Shown in pieces: positions 60,325 to 64,000 of a stretch of 64,000 nucleotides of DNA. Source of the DNA: an uncultured Armatimonadetes bacterium (GTDB taxonomy: Bacteria; Armatimonadota; UBA5829; DTJY01); NCBI GenBank assembly GCA_963717145.1, contig OY970325.1, forward strand, positions 4,320,001 through 4,384,000, given 5' to 3'. The notes under the pieces are model-generated. The model was not told where the DNA came from, made no database searches, and saw only the letters and a program-made list of their open reading frames with translations. Position 1 is the first letter of the stretch, and each line of letters starts with the position of its first letter. A program made the translations under genes and the position numbers.

Positions 60325-62358
60325 GTGAACAAGAACCGGATCACAATTCTCATCTGTGTAGTATTGGCCGTGTTGACTCTCGCCTCGTTCTGGCGGGTGC
60401 TCGGTAGCGGGTTCGTCGACTTCGACGACAATTTCTACATCACCGGCAACCGCTGGGTGCTCGCCGGCCTGACTGCCGGGAGCGTCAAGTGGGCGCTGAC
60501 CGCCGCTTATCAGTCCACATGGCAGCCGATGGTCTGGCTCTCGTACATGGCCGACCAACAGATCTACGGCCAGAACCCCATGGGCTTTCATCTGACCAAC
60601 CTGCTCCTGCATCTGGCGAACGTCCTACTGCTCTTCCTGATCCTGATGAGGATGACCGGATCGGTCTGGAGGAGCGCATTCGTCGCCGCCCTGTTCGCAG
60701 TCCATCCGCTCCGAGTCGAGTCGGTCGCGTGGATCGCTGAGCGGAAGGACGTGCTCAGCGGCCTCTTCTGGATGCTCAGCATGGGGGCCTATGTATTATA
60801 CAAGGAAAAGCTGGGGTGGAAGAGGTACGTTCCCATATGCGTGTTCATGGCGCTCGGACTGATGGCCAAGCCGACGCTCGTGACGCTGCCGCTTGCCTTT
60901 CTCGCTCTCGACTACTGGCCGCTCGGACGGCTCAATAAGGGCAGGACGTTCGGCCGGCTGGCGATCGAGAAGATCCCCCTGTTCTGCTTGTCGGCGGCAT
61001 CCGTTGCGGCGGCCGGCTTTGCGCACGTCGTAACCAGCGGATTCGCGGCAATGGATAGTCTCCCGAGCGGCGTCCGTCTGGCGAATGCGGCTTTCTCATA
61101 CGTCGCCTATCTGGTCAAGATGGTCTGGCCGGCCAAACTCGCCGTGTTCTACCCGCATCCATATGGCACTCTTCCGATGTGGCAAGTCGTGGGATCGGTG
61201 GTCGTGTTGGTCTGTGTGACCGTCATCGTCTCGAGATCCGCGCGAACGCGTCCGTACCTGGCCGTTGGTTGGCTCTGGTATCTGGTCACGATGCTCCCGA
61301 TGATTGGCATCATCCAGACCGGCAGACACGGAATGGCCGACCGGTTCACGTACATCCCGCTGATCGGGATATTCATGGCCGTCACGTGGGGCGTCGCGGA
61401 GTACGGGAGTATGGGAGTATGGGGGAATGGGAGAAGATCATCGGACACCCCCACACTCCCACACTCCCATGCTCCCATTCTCTGGCTCCCCGCAGCCATC
61501 ATCATCCTCGCATGTGCGGTCGGCACGTGGCAACAGACCGGCTACTGGAAGGATAGTGTGACGCTCTTTTCGCGAGCGGTTGCAGTGACGAAGGACAACG
61601 CCATTGCGGAGCGCAATCTCGGTATGGCCTACATCAATCGGAAGCAGTACGAAAAGGGTATTACGCATATGTGGGCGGCAATACGGATCAAGCCGGAACC
61701 CAGGGCCTACAACAACATCGGTGTCGCTCTCGTCCGCATGGGCAAACCGGAGCAGGCGATTCCATACTATGAGAGAGCCCTCGAACTCAGCCCGGATTAC
61801 GCCAGGGCCCGGTACAACCTGGGGCGACTCCTGTTCACCAAGCACCTATACGGTGAGGCGGCCGAGTGCTTCCGAAAAGTGATCGATCGCGAGCCGGACA
61901 ACGCCGACGCGCATTACTACTTAGCATTCTCACTTGCGGAGATGAGACAGGTCGATGAGGCGATCACCGCGTATCGGCAGACCGTGCAGGTCGATCCGCG
62001 CTACTACCTGGCGCACTACAACCTCGGAGTGCTGCTGAACGCTCAGGGTGACGCGTCAGCCGCGGTCGAGGAGTTCGAAGCCGCCATCCGCATCAACCCG
62101 AGCTATGTCAACGCCCACCACAATCTGGGCGGTGCGTTCGATTCGCTCGATCGCATCGACGAGGCGATCGCCGAGTATGAGGAAGCGATTCGTCTCAACC
62201 CGAAGCTCGCTGAGGCGCACAACAACCTCGCCATCGATCTCTATACCACCGGCCGATATGCGGAGGCGTGGCGGGAGGTGGGCCTGGCCAGGAAGTACGG
62301 CATGGAGCCGCACCCGGGATTCCTGAAGGCTCTCTCGGCAAGAGCGAGTGATCGGTGA
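60325..62358 (+). CDS. TMTC-like GT-C glycosyltransferase with TPR repeats (paralogue)
   Basis: FDDNFY, WQPMVWLS, HPLRVESVAWIAERKDVL, MADRFTY, TPR repeats. Confidence 0.92.
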   Translation: MNKNRITILICVVLAVLTLASFWRVLGSGFVDFDDNFYITGNRWVLAGLTAGSVKWALTAAYQSTWQPMVWLSYMADQQIYGQNPMGFHLTNLLLHLANVLLLFLILMRMTGSVWRSAFVAALFAVHPLRVESVAWIAERKDVLSGLFWMLSMGAYVLYKEKLGWKRYVPICVFMALGLMAKPTLVTLPLAFLALDYWPLGRLNKGRTFGRLAIEKIPLFCLSAASVAAAGFAHVVTSGFAAMDSLPSGVRLANAAFSYVAYLVKMVWPAKLAVFYPHPYGTLPMWQVVGSVVVLVCVTVIVSRSARTRPYLAVGWLWYLVTMLPMIGIIQTGRHGMADRFTYIPLIGIFMAVTWGVAEYGSMGVWGNGRRSSDTPTLPHSHAPILWLPAAIIILACAVGTWQQTGYWKDSVTLFSRAVAVTKDNAIAERNLGMAYINRKQYEKGITHMWAAIRIKPEPRAYNNIGVALVRMGKPEQAIPYYERALELSPDYARARYNLGRLLFTKHLYGEAAECFRKVIDREPDNADAHYYLAFSLAEMRQVDEAITAYRQTVQVDPRYYLAHYNLGVLLNAQGDASAAVEEFEAAIRINPSYVNAHHNLGGAFDSLDRIDEAIAEYEEAIRLNPKLAEAHNNLAIDLYTTGRYAEAWREVGLARKYGMEPHPGFLKALSARASDR

Positions 62359-62420
62359 ACAGTAGACGGTGAACGGTCCGAAATCCCCACTGTTCACCGT
62401 TCACTGTTCACTGTTCACCG
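62355..62420. repeat. Heptamer-repeat hairpin (GTGAACA/TGTTCAC) between convergent genes
   Basis: gtgaacagtagacggtgaacgg...cactgttcaccgttcactgttcactgttcacc. Confidence 0.75.
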
Positions 62421-62425
62421 TCCCC

Positions 62426-62920
62426 TCACCCCACAGGCGGGCGGTTGAAGTTGTACAACAGCTCCAGCACCTGGTGGTAGGTGCCGAATTGCAGAAACTC
62501 GGTGCCGAGCACCGAATCGGCAATCACAATAGGCACATTGCTTCCACCTGCGCCGAGCGCGATTGTCTGAACCAGCGCGTGTGCTGCTACAGTAGCCATC
62601 GCCAGGCCGCACAGTGCGCCAAGTATCGGGTCGAACACATCGGTGGATACCAGTGTCGCCGAGTGTACGAGCTTCCCGAGGAAGACGAGCACCAGCCCCG
62701 TGATCACGAATCCTCCGATGTAGAGGATCGCCTGGTTCGCGTGCTCGTTCGCTACCAGTTGAACCGATCCCGACAGCGCGTCGTTCAGCCCCCACGCAAT
62801 CCTGAGGGCCAGCAGCAACGCCGCCAGGTCGAAAACCGCTTTGCCGAACCCTCGCTTCCACTCGAGGAGGAATGCTCCGACGAAGAACACTGCAATGGAA
62901 GCATCGATCCAGTTAGGCAT
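62426..62920 (-). CDS. CvpA-family membrane protein
   Basis: NWIDASI..KRGFG, DPILGALCG. Confidence 0.75.
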   Translation of the reverse strand: MPNWIDASIAVFFVGAFLLEWKRGFGKAVFDLAALLLALRIAWGLNDALSGSVQLVANEHANQAILYIGGFVITGLVLVFLGKLVHSATLVSTDVFDPILGALCGLAMATVAAHALVQTIALGAGGSNVPIVIADSVLGTEFLQFGTYHQVLELLYNFNRPPVG

Positions 62921-62935
62921 AAAACCACCTGCCCG

Positions 62936-63820
62936 TCATTTATCCAATTCGATGGCTGCGTAGCCGACCACCTGAGAGTGATCGCCCGTGATGTCCCCTG
63001 ACGTGCTATACGCTAGCTGTCGGGCCGATTTCGCCCCCAGTGCCTTGCACGCCGCCAGGACCGCCGCGGTCGGCACGACTCCACACATCGATATGTCGAG
63101 GTCGCGAACCGTGTCCAGCAGACCCTTCTCGTTCATTGCCAGTATATGCCGGATGGCCTCGGAATCCTTCCGCTCGGCCGACTCCCGGCTCTCATAGTGG
63201 CTGAAATCCGTGCTGGCGATCACGACGGCGCTCCGGCCCTCCACCGCTTTTGCCACCGCTGTCCCCAGATCCTGTATCAGGGGGAGCGCGCTCAGGTCCC
63301 TGACCGACACACCGATGAGTATCGGCACTATCCGAATGTGTCCCTGCCCCAGATACTGCAGGAACGGGAGCTGGACCTCCAGTGAATGCTCGATCCGGTG
63401 GGCGAGTTCGTCTTCTGCCGCATAGCCGGAGAACGAGACCACCCGCCGGGCCGTCTCCACATCCACCTCTATGTCGCCCATAGGCGTGCGCCACGCAGTC
63501 TGCGTGTCGACCGCCACCGGGTCACCGTAGCCCCGATGGTTGACGCCGATGAGGACGGCGACTTCCGGCAGCCCGTCCTCTGCCAGTCGGTAGTAGGCAT
63601 GAGCCGCCGTCGGCCCCGAGTAGATCAGTCCCGCGTGCGGGCTCACCAATCCTATGATCCGTCGTGGACCCTGCGACTCCAACTGCGGGAGCCGTCCGGG
63701 CCCGAATGGAGACAGGAAGCAGCGCTCGATCTCGGCTCGCAATTCATCTGCTCCTGCGCCGTAGAACATGCCGGCCACCGCCGGTACGCGTACCGCCGGT
63801 CCGCTGTTGCCGCTCGACAT
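62936..63820 (-). CDS. AmmeMemoRadiSam protein B (MEMO1 family)
   Basis: PAVAGMFY, PHAGLIYSG, EHSLEVQLPFLQ, ASTDFSHY, SMCG, VVGYA. Confidence 0.93.
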   Translation of the reverse strand: MSSGNSGPAVRVPAVAGMFYGAGADELRAEIERCFLSPFGPGRLPQLESQGPRRIIGLVSPHAGLIYSGPTAAHAYYRLAEDGLPEVAVLIGVNHRGYGDPVAVDTQTAWRTPMGDIEVDVETARRVVSFSGYAAEDELAHRIEHSLEVQLPFLQYLGQGHIRIVPILIGVSVRDLSALPLIQDLGTAVAKAVEGRSAVVIASTDFSHYESRESAERKDSEAIRHILAMNEKGLLDTVRDLDISMCGVVPTAAVLAACKALGAKSARQLAYSTSGDITGDHSQVVGYAAIELDK

Positions 63821-64000
63821 GCGTGTCTACCTCCTTCTAGATTGTTCCACAACTGCAGAGGGTTTCCGCAACCATCCGGGAGGAGTATACCCCCAAATCG
63901 GCAGACTAAGAAGCACGATGATAGTCCTAAGCAGCCGTTAGGTCCTCGTGCATCCGCTCGAAACCCGGTAAAAATACCTGATTTCGTCCAAAACCATTGA

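Overview
GC-rich bacterial window, probably Armatimonadota-like (inferred from the PEP-CTERM protein and secreted proteins with a shared OB-like C-terminal module). The left part encodes secreted carbohydrate-related proteins: a DUF4838-like protein, three tandem esterases, a GH29 fucosidase and a six-hairpin GH-like protein. It also has a PPDK_N-family gene and three IS elements (an IS66 nested inside an IS481, plus an rve/DDE element). The centre has bioY, vanW, a MEDS/anti-sigma gene, a UDP-GlcA decarboxylase and a PiT-DUF47 operon. A long minus-strand run follows (aroA-aroC-paaK-aroB-pknB-rpe-ribD-ribE-ribBA-ribH-htrA) with TA-type modules inserted in it. The right end has a PEP-CTERM gene, two TMTC-like TPR glycosyltransferases, cvpA and a MEMO1-family gene. 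Several genes are frameshifted, most likely through sequencing or assembly indels. The most notable feature is the repeat landscape. (i) A small GIY-YIG nuclease is bracketed by a 43-bp structured repeat showing compensatory stem changes, and the same repeat forms a 68-bp tandem array 6 kb away, resembling a RAYT/REPIN system but with a GIY-YIG enzyme. (ii) A second array has 8 copies of a 64-bp hairpin unit. (iii) Many REP or short-period hairpins sit in frame inside proteins or supply stop codons. Other findings are a candidate sigma54-dependent sRNA, two small ORFs missed by the ORF track, and a duplicated-junction cassette upstream of ribD.
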